DNA of 64,000 nt from Bacteroidota bacterium (GTDB lineage: Bacteria; Bacteroidota; Ignavibacteria; UBA10030; BY39): positions 8,790-72,789 of the forward strand of contig JAUXOG010000067.1 of the NCBI GenBank assembly GCA_030682385.1, given 5' to 3'. Below the pieces are notes generated by a model that saw only the letters and a program-made list of their open reading frames with translations, was not told where the DNA came from and did no database searches. A program made the position numbers and the translations under genes. Below, in pieces: positions 9,204 through 19,023 of the stretch (position 1 is its first letter; every line of letters begins with the position of its first letter).

Positions 9204-10295
9204 ATGAAACTTACAGAAAAAATAATCCGTGCGATGCCTAAAGTTGTTTTGCACGACCACCTCGACGGCGGCTTACGTCCGCAAACAGTTATCGATTTAG
9301 CCAAAGACCACGGTTACACAAAGCTGCCGACAAAAGATGCGGGTGAACTTGCCGAATGGTTTCACCGCGGTGCCAAACGGGGAAGTTTGCCTCTTTACCT
9401 CGAAGGCTTCGAACACACAACAGGCGTTATGCAAACCGAAGAAGCTCTCGAACGGGTAGCTTACGAAATGATGGAAGATATGAAGAACGATGGTGTTGTG
9501 TATGTTGAAACTCGCTTCTCCCCCATCTTCCATACAAACAAAGGATTGCATTGGGAAGAAATTGTAAATGCTGTTTTAAAAGGTTTAGAAAGAGGTAAAA
9601 AAGATTTCGATGTTGACTACGGTGTAATCATCGCAGCGATGCGAAATATGAAACTCTCGGAAGAGATGGCAGAGTTAGCTGTGGATTTCAGAGAAAAAGG
9701 AGTTGTAGGTTTTGACCTTGCCGGCGAAGAAGGTGGCTTTCCTCCTAAAAAACATGTAGAGGCTTTCCAATATATTCAACGTGAGAACTTTCACATTACA
9801 ATTCACGCGGGCGAAGCTTTCGGAAAAGAATCTATCTGGCAGGCAATCCAGTGGTGCGGCGCCGATAGAATTGGGCATGCTACACGGCTCATCGAAGATT
9901 TCGCAATTGACGAACAAGACCCGACACACGTAATTAAAATGGGATATTTAGCCCAGTATGTTTTAGACAAACGGATTCCACTCGAAATTTGTTTAACGAG
10001 CAATGTCGATACAGGTGCTGTAAAAAGTTTGGAAGAGCATCCATTCGGACTTTACTACCGCTACAAATTCAGAGTTACTTTGAATACCGACGACAAACTG
10101 ATGAGCAATACTACAATGACTAAGGAATACAAAATTGCAAACGAAGTGTTCGGTTTAGAGTTTGATGATTTGGAAAAACTATCCATCAACGCAATGAAGA
10201 GTGCTTTCGTACCTTACAAGCAACGGATCGAACTCATCTACAAAAAAATTAAGCCGGGCTTTACGAAGTTGAGAAGCAGCATGAAGAAAAAGTAA
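9204..10295 (+). CDS. add: Adenosine deaminase
   Basis: VVLHDHLDGG N-terminal zinc-binding motif. The C-terminal SNTDD-like region is TLNTDD. 363 aa. Confidence 0.85.
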   Translation: MKLTEKIIRAMPKVVLHDHLDGGLRPQTVIDLAKDHGYTKLPTKDAGELAEWFHRGAKRGSLPLYLEGFEHTTGVMQTEEALERVAYEMMEDMKNDGVVYVETRFSPIFHTNKGLHWEEIVNAVLKGLERGKKDFDVDYGVIIAAMRNMKLSEEMAELAVDFREKGVVGFDLAGEEGGFPPKKHVEAFQYIQRENFHITIHAGEAFGKESIWQAIQWCGADRIGHATRLIEDFAIDEQDPTHVIKMGYLAQYVLDKRIPLEICLTSNVDTGAVKSLEEHPFGLYYRYKFRVTLNTDDKLMSNTTMTKEYKIANEVFGLEFDDLEKLSINAMKSAFVPYKQRIELIYKKIKPGFTKLRSSMKKK

Positions 10296-10314
10296 TTTTC
10301 ATAAAAAGTTTTGC

Positions 10315-10358
10315 CCCAAACCCCGAATCGTTTTTTAACAATCGGGGTTTTTTGTTTC
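10315..10358 (+). terminator. Putative intrinsic terminator after add
   Basis: ccccga...tcgggg hairpin followed by a tttttt run. Confidence 0.5.
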
Positions 10359-10665
10359 ACCGATTCACCCGTTCTCCCCTTCTTCCTTTCTACCAGTCAA
10401 CAGCTACCGAGGATAACTAATTTCAGCATTCCACGGCTCATTATTGCAAACCATTCGTAAAATATTTCCTATAAGTTGATTTAATTTGACATAAATCACA
10501 TCGTTTTTTTTTTTTTTTGTTAGTAGTTTTTGAGGTTTAAAATTTGATTTTTTGCAATAAGATGTTTATATAATTACAAAGATAACGCGAAGGCAAAATG
10601 AAACTGAAAGAAACATAATTTATCAGCCGAATCTTTAGAGCAGGTTCAACAATACCAAAAACTAC

Positions 10666-11736
10666 ATGGAGAAGGATATGAAGTTTGGTGGAAAAATTAA
10701 ATACCTCAATCCAAAACTGAAAAGGATTCTGTATTGGGGGATAGCGACAGCTATTCTGCTATTTGCCCCATTTTGTGGGAAGGAAGCTCCGATGGAGCCG
10801 GGCAATTGCTTTGAGGCCGGGCCAATTTTGTTTGTTTCGGATAAAAGCGGTTTATGGCAGCTCTACAGTATGAACACAGATGGCTCCAATGTCAAGCAGC
10901 TTACATTTGATCCGAACTTTCCCGTTGATGAAGCACGCTGGTCGCCGGATGGAAAGAAGATCGTGTTTACAAGTATGGATGATAGAGTAGCTCCTAATCA
11001 GCGAGGACGAGCTCTTTATGTGATGAATGCCGATGGGACAGAACGATATAAACTGACAAACCCTCCATTCGAGGCATTTCATTATCCATTCGACACGCGG
11101 CCGGTTTGGTCGGATGATGGCAAGCGCATTGCCTTCTCCCGCCTAATGCCACCGGAGATGTCAGGAGACTTTGATACTTTCATGATTGACGTTGATGGAA
11201 AAAACGAACTAAGAATCACCAACTATAGAAACCTATTGGAGTTTGTGACTGCATTTGTTAATGATTCGACACTGCTTGGAACGTATTGTGATTATCGTAG
11301 GCCCGACCAGAAGGGGCAAATTGCATACCTTGACATAAGAACTGGGAATTATTTCAAAACGATAAGCCCTTATGAGAAAGATGATTCTAGTCCAGTGCTC
11401 TCTCTGGACAAGCGGAGTGTTGCGTTTAGCTCGTTAACAACCAAGGATGGTTTAAGGGGAAGATTTCTTAATCTTATGGAATCTGACGGGTCGAACCGCA
11501 GGCAGTTTTTTATTAGCTCGCGTCAATATGAGTATCCGGTTGAGTGGTCGCCTGACGGTCAGAGAATACTTTGCATAACGCAAGACCCGAATGTGAAAAG
11601 CGATCCTAATGATCCGTATAGTAACTTTCTTCAGGATATTCTGATAGTTAGCGTGGAAGATAGTTCTGTCCGAATAATAACACCATTTCCATACCGGGAA
11701 GCCTATTCAACAGCCACAAGCTGGCGGAGGAGGTGA
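10666..11736 (+). CDS. TolB-like PD40 beta-propeller repeat protein, membrane-anchored or secreted
   Basis: N-terminal hydrophobic segment. Repeated WSPDGKKIVF / WSDDGKRIAF / WSPDGQRIL PD40 motifs. Confidence 0.7.
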   Translation: MEKDMKFGGKIKYLNPKLKRILYWGIATAILLFAPFCGKEAPMEPGNCFEAGPILFVSDKSGLWQLYSMNTDGSNVKQLTFDPNFPVDEARWSPDGKKIVFTSMDDRVAPNQRGRALYVMNADGTERYKLTNPPFEAFHYPFDTRPVWSDDGKRIAFSRLMPPEMSGDFDTFMIDVDGKNELRITNYRNLLEFVTAFVNDSTLLGTYCDYRRPDQKGQIAYLDIRTGNYFKTISPYEKDDSSPVLSLDKRSVAFSSLTTKDGLRGRFLNLMESDGSNRRQFFISSRQYEYPVEWSPDGQRILCITQDPNVKSDPNDPYSNFLQDILIVSVEDSSVRIITPFPYREAYSTATSWRRR

Positions 11737-11947
11737 TGCCGTATGAGGGTGGATAAATAATTCGGGGTAGTGCTGGCATACTACCCCACTGAATCGGCAA
11801 ACAAGATTCTCGGAAGCAACAAGTTAGCTCTATCCCGAGTTTCCCGGGACATCGCGTTTTTGTTTGCCAATAGAAAGATAATATTCCGCAGGAATTATTT
11901 CAACAATTTGTTCTAACAATAAACATAATATATAAGGAGATTAAGCC

Positions 11948-14900
11948 ATGAAATTAAAATCAGCTTTATTTATAACTCTCTTCCTACTTCTCTGTTTGTT
12001 TGAGAATTTGCAAGGACAAAGGATTATCTCGTTCCGCGACAAACACGGGAATACCTTACAAGCCGAAGTGGATGAGAAAACCGGGAGTGCCAAGAGAATT
12101 TTTGGCCTCAATCTGAATACACGTCAGTATGGATATGACCGAAGCAGTCTAACATCTGAAACCGTGAAGCAGCTTGGCAAACGCCTAATCGATGATTACG
12201 AAGAAATCCTGAAGACATCTTCGAAAAATGTTAATTTGAAGAAAGTGGATACCGATGGTCAATGGTGGTTTGTCGAGTATGAGCAAACTTTTGCTGGGAT
12301 TCCTGTATACAGTTCAGAAGCTGGTTTCACAATTGATCCTCAAGGAAACATTGTTACTGCAGGTGCTGTCGTCTTTCCGAATATAAGCATACGAACACAA
12401 GCCACCGTCCCTTCATTTCAGGCAATGTCAAAAGTAAAAGAAGAATTCGGAAGCGATAGCGCTACTGTTGAAAACGAACCTGAACTGTTTATAATTCCAA
12501 TAGAGCATGAGGCAAACTACAAATATTATCTTGTATGGAAAATAGGTCTTTCTTCCCTTCATCCATTGAGAGATACCGTTTATTTCGTGAGTGCAGAGAA
12601 TGGCAGCATTCTTAAGCGTCTCAGTAACATCCGAAATGATGTTATCTATGGTACAATCACAGGTAATTATTATCCTCAGCGCAGTTATGATCCCCCAATA
12701 CGTGTGGCCTATCCAACCACGTATATCAGGATGTATGATAAATTAGGCCAGGATGTTGTCTCTACGAATGCTGACCAGAACGGCAATTATTCGATAACGT
12801 ATTCAGTGGCATATGCAACTTATTATCTCGATATCAACTTGCAAAATCATTGGATACAGTTACGCAATGCGAGTGATAAAATTATCAGGAATACTTTTGC
12901 TTTCACACGAGCATCAAGTATCAGGCATGATTATGAATGGCCCGCAGGTGATGCAACAAATGTTTGGTATCATGCCACAAAAATTCATAATTTCTATCGC
13001 GGTAGCCCTTTTAGCTATACTGGGATGGACTATCAAATGAAAGCAACCGTAGGATTGGGAACGGATAGGAATGGGGCAGCTGATGGCACAAACATTTTCT
13101 TCGGATCGCAAGGTGGTCAATTGTGGGCTCGCTCAAGCGATGTCGTCTATCATGAATATACTCACAACACAATCTATCGCATCTACGGTGGTTGGATAGG
13201 TAGCGGTGGCAACACACAGGCATCTGCGATGGATGAGGGAATCTCAGATTACTTTGCGTGTACGTTCAACAATGATCCCTTAATGGGGGAAGATGTTCTG
13301 ATTGACCGAAATCTGAACAACGACACTTTTACATGGGACCCTGACAAAGGACCACATTGGAATGGTCAAGTCATCGGTGGTGCAGTATGGGACTTTCGTG
13401 AAGTCGTCAGCAGAAATGTAGCTGATAATCTTGCTTTCAAAGCTTTACAGGTGGTGCCGCGAGCGAGAGACTTTCCCACATATCTCTACAACATAATGGT
13501 TGCCGACAACGGCACGTATAACGGCGCCCATCGTTCTCAATTACGAACAGCCTTCGCCGCGCATAGCATTAACACTACCGAGCCGCTTCTCCCTCCTGTC
13601 ATCTCCGGTTTTACGCAAACACCATCGGTAATCTATAGGGGTGGTTCGGGAACAGTAACCGCACATCTATCGCAAGGGAATGGAAATATATCATACACAT
13701 GGTCGCCTACCTTTTTCCCTCAAGGTGCCTCTGTTGTGAGTTTCGACGAAAATAAAGCAAATATCTATTACGGATACAGCAAGACAGTTTCAACCGATGA
13801 TAGTAAAATTCCTGCTACAACGCTAACATGCACAGCAATCAATGAGGTAGGTTCTTCAACTTTGACAACCTTTGTTTACTTTTCAAGTGGTGGCGGCGGC
13901 GGTTGCCCATTCGTTTATACCTGGAACGGCAACGAATATATAGAGGATAATAACATACTTCCTCAAAGTGTTTATACTCCACCAGAAGAAGGGCTTGTTA
14001 CAGATTACTATCAACTTTTCACTGAGCCAGTTGAAACTGAAGGTAAATATAAATTACGAGTGGGCGAGTTTGAACAGGAAATATCAACACTCGATCAGTT
14101 TAAATTGTTAATAGTTGACCATATACCTGAAGCTATGGTTTCAGCTAACGACAATGGAGAGATTAGCTTATACGCCAAACCAGCTTCGTTAACCAACGCA
14201 AATGTTGACGACGGCGATGTTTATAAATTGGTTTACGAGAGGGATGATAATTATGTTGAAACCGAACCCGACCAATCGATGCAGCTAACATTCGAGGACG
14301 GACAAGTTGGCAGCGATAAAGTGATGTTGTTGCAAGCCAGTTCGGATTTGAAAGTACCATTCGGGGCTTTAGAAAAGTTAAACGGAAAGAATATAAACCC
14401 GCAGGATATCAAAGCGCGGAAAAATATGTCGTACGTATGGGTGCCTGTGGATGTGCAAAATCATAAAGAAACAAATATTGATATTGGTATTGCTTGGACA
14501 GGAACAGCAAAATTAGATTATATAGAATTAAGCAATAAACTGAATTTGGATTATACGTTACATGAATCTGAACTGATTTCAGCCGAACATTCGCAGGACG
14601 GTGATGTTACCTCTTTACTACAAAATAGCGATGGAAACATAGTAGAATTAAAACCGCAAGAATGGGTCGATTTAGTTTTCACAGCCCCACCTTTATCAGA
14701 GGGTATGAAACGCTCGTTTATATTTGTATCGTGTGGAAGGTATGTAACAATACCCGAAGATAAAAAAGAAACTCAAACCTTATCCCAAAAGGGTGGTATA
14801 AATGAAAATGTGAGAACGGTGAAGTTACCTGTTAGTTACGAATTGTTCGACAATCACCCTAACCCGTTTAACCCGATAACCAAAATCAGTTACACGATCC

Positions 14901-15106
14901 CTGAACCTAATTTTGTATCCTTAAAAATCTTTGATGTATTAGGTCGTGAGATAGCTACTCTTGTAGCAGAGTATCAGGATGCTGGTTATAAAACGGTAGA
15001 ATTTTCCGGAGTGTCCACCAACGGCGGATTACCAAGCGGCGTATATTTTTACAAACTGCAAGCTGGTAGTTTTATATCTGTTAAGAAGATGCTGCTCGCA
15101 AAATAA
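11948..15106 (+). CDS. Secreted zinc metallopeptidase (HEXXH) with a T9SS C-terminal sorting domain
   Basis: Signal peptide, VVYHEYTHN zinc-binding motif. The C-terminal ~80 aa match the Por/T9SS CTD (FDNHPNPFNPITKISYTIP...GVYFYKLQAGSFISVKKMLL). Confidence 0.75.
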   Translation: MKLKSALFITLFLLLCLFENLQGQRIISFRDKHGNTLQAEVDEKTGSAKRIFGLNLNTRQYGYDRSSLTSETVKQLGKRLIDDYEEILKTSSKNVNLKKVDTDGQWWFVEYEQTFAGIPVYSSEAGFTIDPQGNIVTAGAVVFPNISIRTQATVPSFQAMSKVKEEFGSDSATVENEPELFIIPIEHEANYKYYLVWKIGLSSLHPLRDTVYFVSAENGSILKRLSNIRNDVIYGTITGNYYPQRSYDPPIRVAYPTTYIRMYDKLGQDVVSTNADQNGNYSITYSVAYATYYLDINLQNHWIQLRNASDKIIRNTFAFTRASSIRHDYEWPAGDATNVWYHATKIHNFYRGSPFSYTGMDYQMKATVGLGTDRNGAADGTNIFFGSQGGQLWARSSDVVYHEYTHNTIYRIYGGWIGSGGNTQASAMDEGISDYFACTFNNDPLMGEDVLIDRNLNNDTFTWDPDKGPHWNGQVIGGAVWDFREVVSRNVADNLAFKALQVVPRARDFPTYLYNIMVADNGTYNGAHRSQLRTAFAAHSINTTEPLLPPVISGFTQTPSVIYRGGSGTVTAHLSQGNGNISYTWSPTFFPQGASVVSFDENKANIYYGYSKTVSTDDSKIPATTLTCTAINEVGSSTLTTFVYFSSGGGGGCPFVYTWNGNEYIEDNNILPQSVYTPPEEGLVTDYYQLFTEPVETEGKYKLRVGEFEQEISTLDQFKLLIVDHIPEAMVSANDNGEISLYAKPASLTNANVDDGDVYKLVYERDDNYVETEPDQSMQLTFEDGQVGSDKVMLLQASSDLKVPFGALEKLNGKNINPQDIKARKNMSYVWVPVDVQNHKETNIDIGIAWTGTAKLDYIELSNKLNLDYTLHESELISAEHSQDGDVTSLLQNSDGNIVELKPQEWVDLVFTAPPLSEGMKRSFIFVSCGRYVTIPEDKKETQTLSQKGGINENVRTVKLPVSYELFDNHPNPFNPITKISYTIPEPNFVSLKIFDVLGREIATLVAEYQDAGYKTVEFSGVSTNGGLPSGVYFYKLQAGSFISVKKMLLAK

Positions 15107-15123
15107 ATTACAATACTACAAGT

Positions 15124-15178
15124 AGCCGGCTCCTTTAGAACATCAAACATTCACCGTTCTTGGAGCCGGTTCTTTTTT
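15124..15178 (+). terminator. Intrinsic terminator
   Basis: gccggctcc ... ggagccggt stem followed by tcttttttat. Confidence 0.7.
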
Positions 15179-15282
15179 ATATACCAAACCTTTGGCGAAT
15201 TACACCTATCTTGCTTTTTAAAACTAACTTTCCTAAATTTCACACGTCATTTTATAATTTTCCCATCAAAGGAGTTTGACTT

Positions 15283-15702
15283 ATGAATTTTTATCAATCA
15301 GGTTGGACTAAAGTTTTAACAACCTATCATCGCTTTGCGGGCAGTTGGGCTTGGATATTTCACCGCATCAGCGGCTTGGCTCTTACTGCTTATATCTTTA
15401 TGCACATCATTGCATTATCAAATTTACAGAAACATAAAATCGATGGCGGCAAAGCTTTCAACGAAGAAATGGCACTCTTCTCATCTCCGTTTTTCCTGGT
15501 AATAGAATGGCTGCTCTTCGCTTTCGTGCTGTATCATACTCTAAACGGAATTCGAATTGTGCTCGTTGATTTTGCCAATGGCGCCCGCTACCATAAGCAA
15601 CTTCACTATGCTGTTGTAACAATCGGTGTCATTGCATTCATAGCGATGGGTTATGTTATTTTCAGTCATCAAGTTAATAAAACTGTTGCAATGTTATTTT
15701 AA
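15283..15702 (+). CDS. sdhC: Succinate dehydrogenase cytochrome b subunit
   Basis: 139-aa polytopic membrane protein, first gene of a C-D-A-B operon. Confidence 0.75.
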   Translation: MNFYQSGWTKVLTTYHRFAGSWAWIFHRISGLALTAYIFMHIIALSNLQKHKIDGGKAFNEEMALFSSPFFLVIEWLLFAFVLYHTLNGIRIVLVDFANGARYHKQLHYAVVTIGVIAFIAMGYVIFSHQVNKTVAMLF

Positions 15703-15722
15703 AATTTATTTAGGAGCATTTT

Positions 15723-16076
15723 ATGTCGTATAAACATTTAGGTTCACGAAATTCAGGCGCACCCGGCTGGTTGTTTCAACGCATAACGGGAATTGTGCTG
15801 ATAGTGGCAATGGTCGGCCATTATATTCTAATGCACTACACTCCGACATCGGGACATTCATTTGCTTCAACTTTCGAGCGGATGCAAAACCCGCTCTGGA
15901 AAGTTTTTTATCTCTCGTTTGTTGTGGTTGGAATTTACCATGGCTTGAACGGAGTTTGGGGAGTTGTGCGCGATTTTAAAATGAAAAGATGGCTCAGTAT
16001 GACGATTCTCGGTGCGATGATTATTTTGGGCATCGCCTTTGCAGTTTTCGGATTTATGAATGTTCTGGTTTTTTAA
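15723..16076 (+). CDS. sdhD: Succinate dehydrogenase hydrophobic membrane anchor subunit
   Basis: 117-aa membrane protein between sdhC and sdhA. Confidence 0.7.
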   Translation: MSYKHLGSRNSGAPGWLFQRITGIVLIVAMVGHYILMHYTPTSGHSFASTFERMQNPLWKVFYLSFVVVGIYHGLNGVWGVVRDFKMKRWLSMTILGAMIILGIAFAVFGFMNVLVF

Positions 16077-16085
16077 AATAATGAA

Positions 16086-16101
16086 TCCGTTAGCTAACGG
16101 A
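16086..16101. promoter_or_regulatory. Perfect 16-bp palindrome TCCGTTAGCTAACGGA between sdhD and sdhA
   Basis: Direct reading. The same palindrome recurs at 24584-24599, with variants at 18722, 26837 and 42630. Candidate operator or RNA hairpin. Confidence 0.5.
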
Positions 16102-16137
16102 TGAACATTGAATTTAGAATAAAGAAGGATTTGTTAA

Positions 16138-17886
16138 ATGATTCACAAACACGATGTACTAATAGTAGGTGCCGGACTTGCCGGTTTACGTGCCGCGGTT
16201 GAATTAGCCGGCAAAGCCGATGTTGCAGTGCTTTCAAAAGTTTTTCCAACACGCTCGCACTCTGGTGCCGCTCAGGGCGGAATAGCCGCCGCTCTCGGTA
16301 ACGAAGAAGAAGACCACGTCGAGTGGCACATTTTCGATACTGTAAAAGGGAGCGATTATTTAGGCGATCAGGATGCGATTGAGATGATGGTATCGGAGGC
16401 GCCCGAAGTAATTATCGAACTCGAACACATGGGCGTGCCGTTCAGCAGAACAAAAGAAGGAAAAATTGCACAACGGCAATTCGGCGGACACACACGTCCG
16501 AAAGTTGGTGCCGACGGAAAAGAAACCCGAGTAGCAATTCAACGAGCTTGTTATGCTGCCGACAGAACCGGTCACGTCATTCTGCACACTTTGTATGAAC
16601 AATGCGTAAAGCATAATGTGCATTTTTATTCCGAGTATTATGTTGTTTCGCTTATTGTAAAAGATGGGGTCTGCCGCGGACTTGTTGCTTTCGATATTCA
16701 AACCGGCGAGCTGCATACTTTCCACGCAAAGGCAGTGATGTTCGGAACAGGCGGTTACGGAAGAGCCTGGAAAATTACATCGAATGCGTATGCGAATACC
16801 GGCGACGGAGTTGCGATTGCGTATCGTGCGGGGATTCCGCTAGAAGATATGGAGTTTGTTCAGTTCCATCCAACAGGACTTTGGAAGTTAGGAATTTTAG
16901 TAACCGAGGGTGCACGCGGCGAAGGCGGCTATCTTAAAAATAAAAACGGTGAACGCTTTATGAAAAACTATGCACCGACTGTAATGGAGCTTGCACCTCG
17001 CGATATGGTAACCCGCTCAATCACAACTGAAATTTTAGAAGGACGCGGGATTGACGGAAAAGATTACGTGCATCTCGACCTCACACATGTTGGTGAAGCT
17101 ACTTTAAAAGAACGCCTCCCCGAAATTATCGGCTTTGCTAAAACTTATGTTGGCGTCGACCCTGTAAAAGCGCCGATACCAATTCAACCGACAGCACACT
17201 ACTCGATGGGCGGAATTCCGACTTCTCTTTTCGGTGAAGTTTATTTAGATGAGAAGGGAACAATTCTTACCGGCTTTTATGCTGCCGGCGAATGTGCCTG
17301 CATCAGCGTTCACGGCGCCAATCGTTTAGGAACTAACTCGCTCTTAGATGGCGTAGTCCACGGTCGCAGAACAGGAAAACAAATTGCAAAATTTTTACAA
17401 ACTGCCGAGTTCAGTGAATTACCGGAAAATGCCGATACAGCCGACCGTGCAAGGATTGATGAATTGTTCGCTTCTACAAATTTCAAAGAATCGTATCATC
17501 ACATTAAAGATACGCTACGCGATAATATGATGGCAAAAGCAGGCGTGTACCGGAACGAAAAAGATTTGAAAGAAATGAAGCAAATAATTCATGAACTCCG
17601 TGAAAAATATAAAAATGTCGGTTTGCGGGATAAGAGTAAAAATTTCAACACCGAGTTAATGGAGGTTTTGGAGTTAGGTCATTTACTCGAATTTTCAGAA
17701 GTAGTTGTTGAAGGTGCGATTGCCCGTCAGGAATGCCGCGGCGCTCACTGGCGCACCGATTTCGAAAAGCGCGACGACACGAACTGGATGAAACACACAT
17801 TCGCATTCAGAACCGAGAAAGGCATCGAGTTAAAATACAAACCGGTTACAGTTACAAAATATCAACCGATGGAAAGAAAATATTAA
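16138..17886 (+). CDS. sdhA: Succinate dehydrogenase flavoprotein subunit
   Basis: [13 protein letters not shown] fold. [10 protein letters not shown] marks the covalent-FAD His region. 582 aa. Confidence 0.9.
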   Translation: MIHKHDVLIVGAGLAGLRAAVELAGKADVAVLSKVFPTRSHSGAAQGGIAAALGNEEEDHVEWHIFDTVKGSDYLGDQDAIEMMVSEAPEVIIELEHMGVPFSRTKEGKIAQRQFGGHTRPKVGADGKETRVAIQRACYAADRTGHVILHTLYEQCVKHNVHFYSEYYVVSLIVKDGVCRGLVAFDIQTGELHTFHAKAVMFGTGGYGRAWKITSNAYANTGDGVAIAYRAGIPLEDMEFVQFHPTGLWKLGILVTEGARGEGGYLKNKNGERFMKNYAPTVMELAPRDMVTRSITTEILEGRGIDGKDYVHLDLTHVGEATLKERLPEIIGFAKTYVGVDPVKAPIPIQPTAHYSMGGIPTSLFGEVYLDEKGTILTGFYAAGECACISVHGANRLGTNSLLDGVVHGRRTGKQIAKFLQTAEFSELPENADTADRARIDELFASTNFKESYHHIKDTLRDNMMAKAGVYRNEKDLKEMKQIIHELREKYKNVGLRDKSKNFNTELMEVLELGHLLEFSEVVVEGAIARQECRGAHWRTDFEKRDDTNWMKHTFAFRTEKGIELKYKPVTVTKYQPMERKY

Positions 17887-17926
17887 CCGGCAAATTACAA
17901 ATATCAAATTATCAATAGGCATAAAT

Positions 17927-18625
17927 ATGCAAGTAACATTCTCAATCCAAAGATACGATTCATCTAAAGACAAAAAGCCATATCGGCAGGAATTCAAATT
18001 AGACGTTGAGCCGACGGATAGAATCCTGGATTGCCTCGACCGCATCAAGTGGGATTTCGAAGGAAGTTTAACTTACCGCCGTTCCTGCTCTCACGGAATT
18101 TGCGGCTCGGACGCAATCAACATCAACGGTAAAAACATGCTCGCCTGTCAGGTTCTGATACAGGACATTAAGAAGAAACGTATTAAAATCGACCCTATTC
18201 CCGGAATGCCTATCATCAAAGATTTGGTTGTGGATACTACCGATTTCTTCGCAAAGTACGAAGTAGTAAAGCCGTATCTGATTGCAAAAAATCCTCCGCC
18301 AAAAGAACGCTTCCAATCAGTCGCAGACAGAGCGTTAATAGATGAAGCGGTTAACTGTATTTTGTGCGGCGCCTGCACAAGCTCCTGCCCTTCGATGTGG
18401 GGCAATCCAAATTATTTAGGTCCTGCCGCAATGCTCAAAGCTTACCGCTTCGCATTCGACAGCCGCGACGAAGCCCCCGCCGAACATTTAGAAGCAATCG
18501 ACACAAGCGACGGTGTTTGGCGTTGTCATACAATATTCAATTGTGTAGAAGCCTGCCCGAAAGAAATTAACCTCACCTGGCACATCTCGCAGTTGAAAAA
18601 GAAAATGGTGGAGAGAGAGTTGTAA
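17927..18625 (+). CDS. sdhB: Succinate dehydrogenase iron-sulfur subunit
   Basis: CSHGICGSDA (2Fe-2S) and CILCGACTSSCP / CHTIFNCVEACP (4Fe-4S and 3Fe-4S) cysteine clusters. Confidence 0.9.
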   Translation: MQVTFSIQRYDSSKDKKPYRQEFKLDVEPTDRILDCLDRIKWDFEGSLTYRRSCSHGICGSDAININGKNMLACQVLIQDIKKKRIKIDPIPGMPIIKDLVVDTTDFFAKYEVVKPYLIAKNPPPKERFQSVADRALIDEAVNCILCGACTSSCPSMWGNPNYLGPAAMLKAYRFAFDSRDEAPAEHLEAIDTSDGVWRCHTIFNCVEACPKEINLTWHISQLKKKMVEREL

Positions 18626-18687
18626 AAATAAGTAGTAAGAAGTAAATAGTATGTAGATGCCCTGATTCCGAAGTGTTCGGGAGCGGG

Positions 18688-18737
18688 GCTTTTTTGTTTA
18701 ACTCCTTCCAATTTTCTATTAATCCGTTAGCTAAAGG
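18688..18737. promoter_or_regulatory. Conserved 33-nt motif (GGCTTTTTTGTTTAACTCCTTCCAATTTTCTAT) followed by a TCCGTTAGCTAAAGGA near-palindrome
   Basis: 30/33 identical to 24607-24640 upstream of hemE. Contains TTTG and, ~20 nt later, TAtt, resembling the FCB-group -33/-7 promoter layout. Confidence 0.4.
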
Positions 18738-19023
18738 ATTTCTTTTTTGGCTCATCGAAAGGTTTGTTTACATTTCAAGATTCCTTTTTAGAACGTAGAA
18801 CGTTCTTTACTCATTTGACGCTCGAATTATACGATAAAACACATTCCATTCAACCGCACGATTTTACCCCCCCCCATAACAGCTATAACTCCTTATATTT
18901 CAACTGGTTATAAAAGGCAATTTTTTTGGCGAAAAAATAGGATTTTTAAAAAATAAAATATATATTACCAGCAAACAAATAAAAACAATTCGCTCGACTC
19001 TTTGAGCGGAAAGGACTGCGGTT

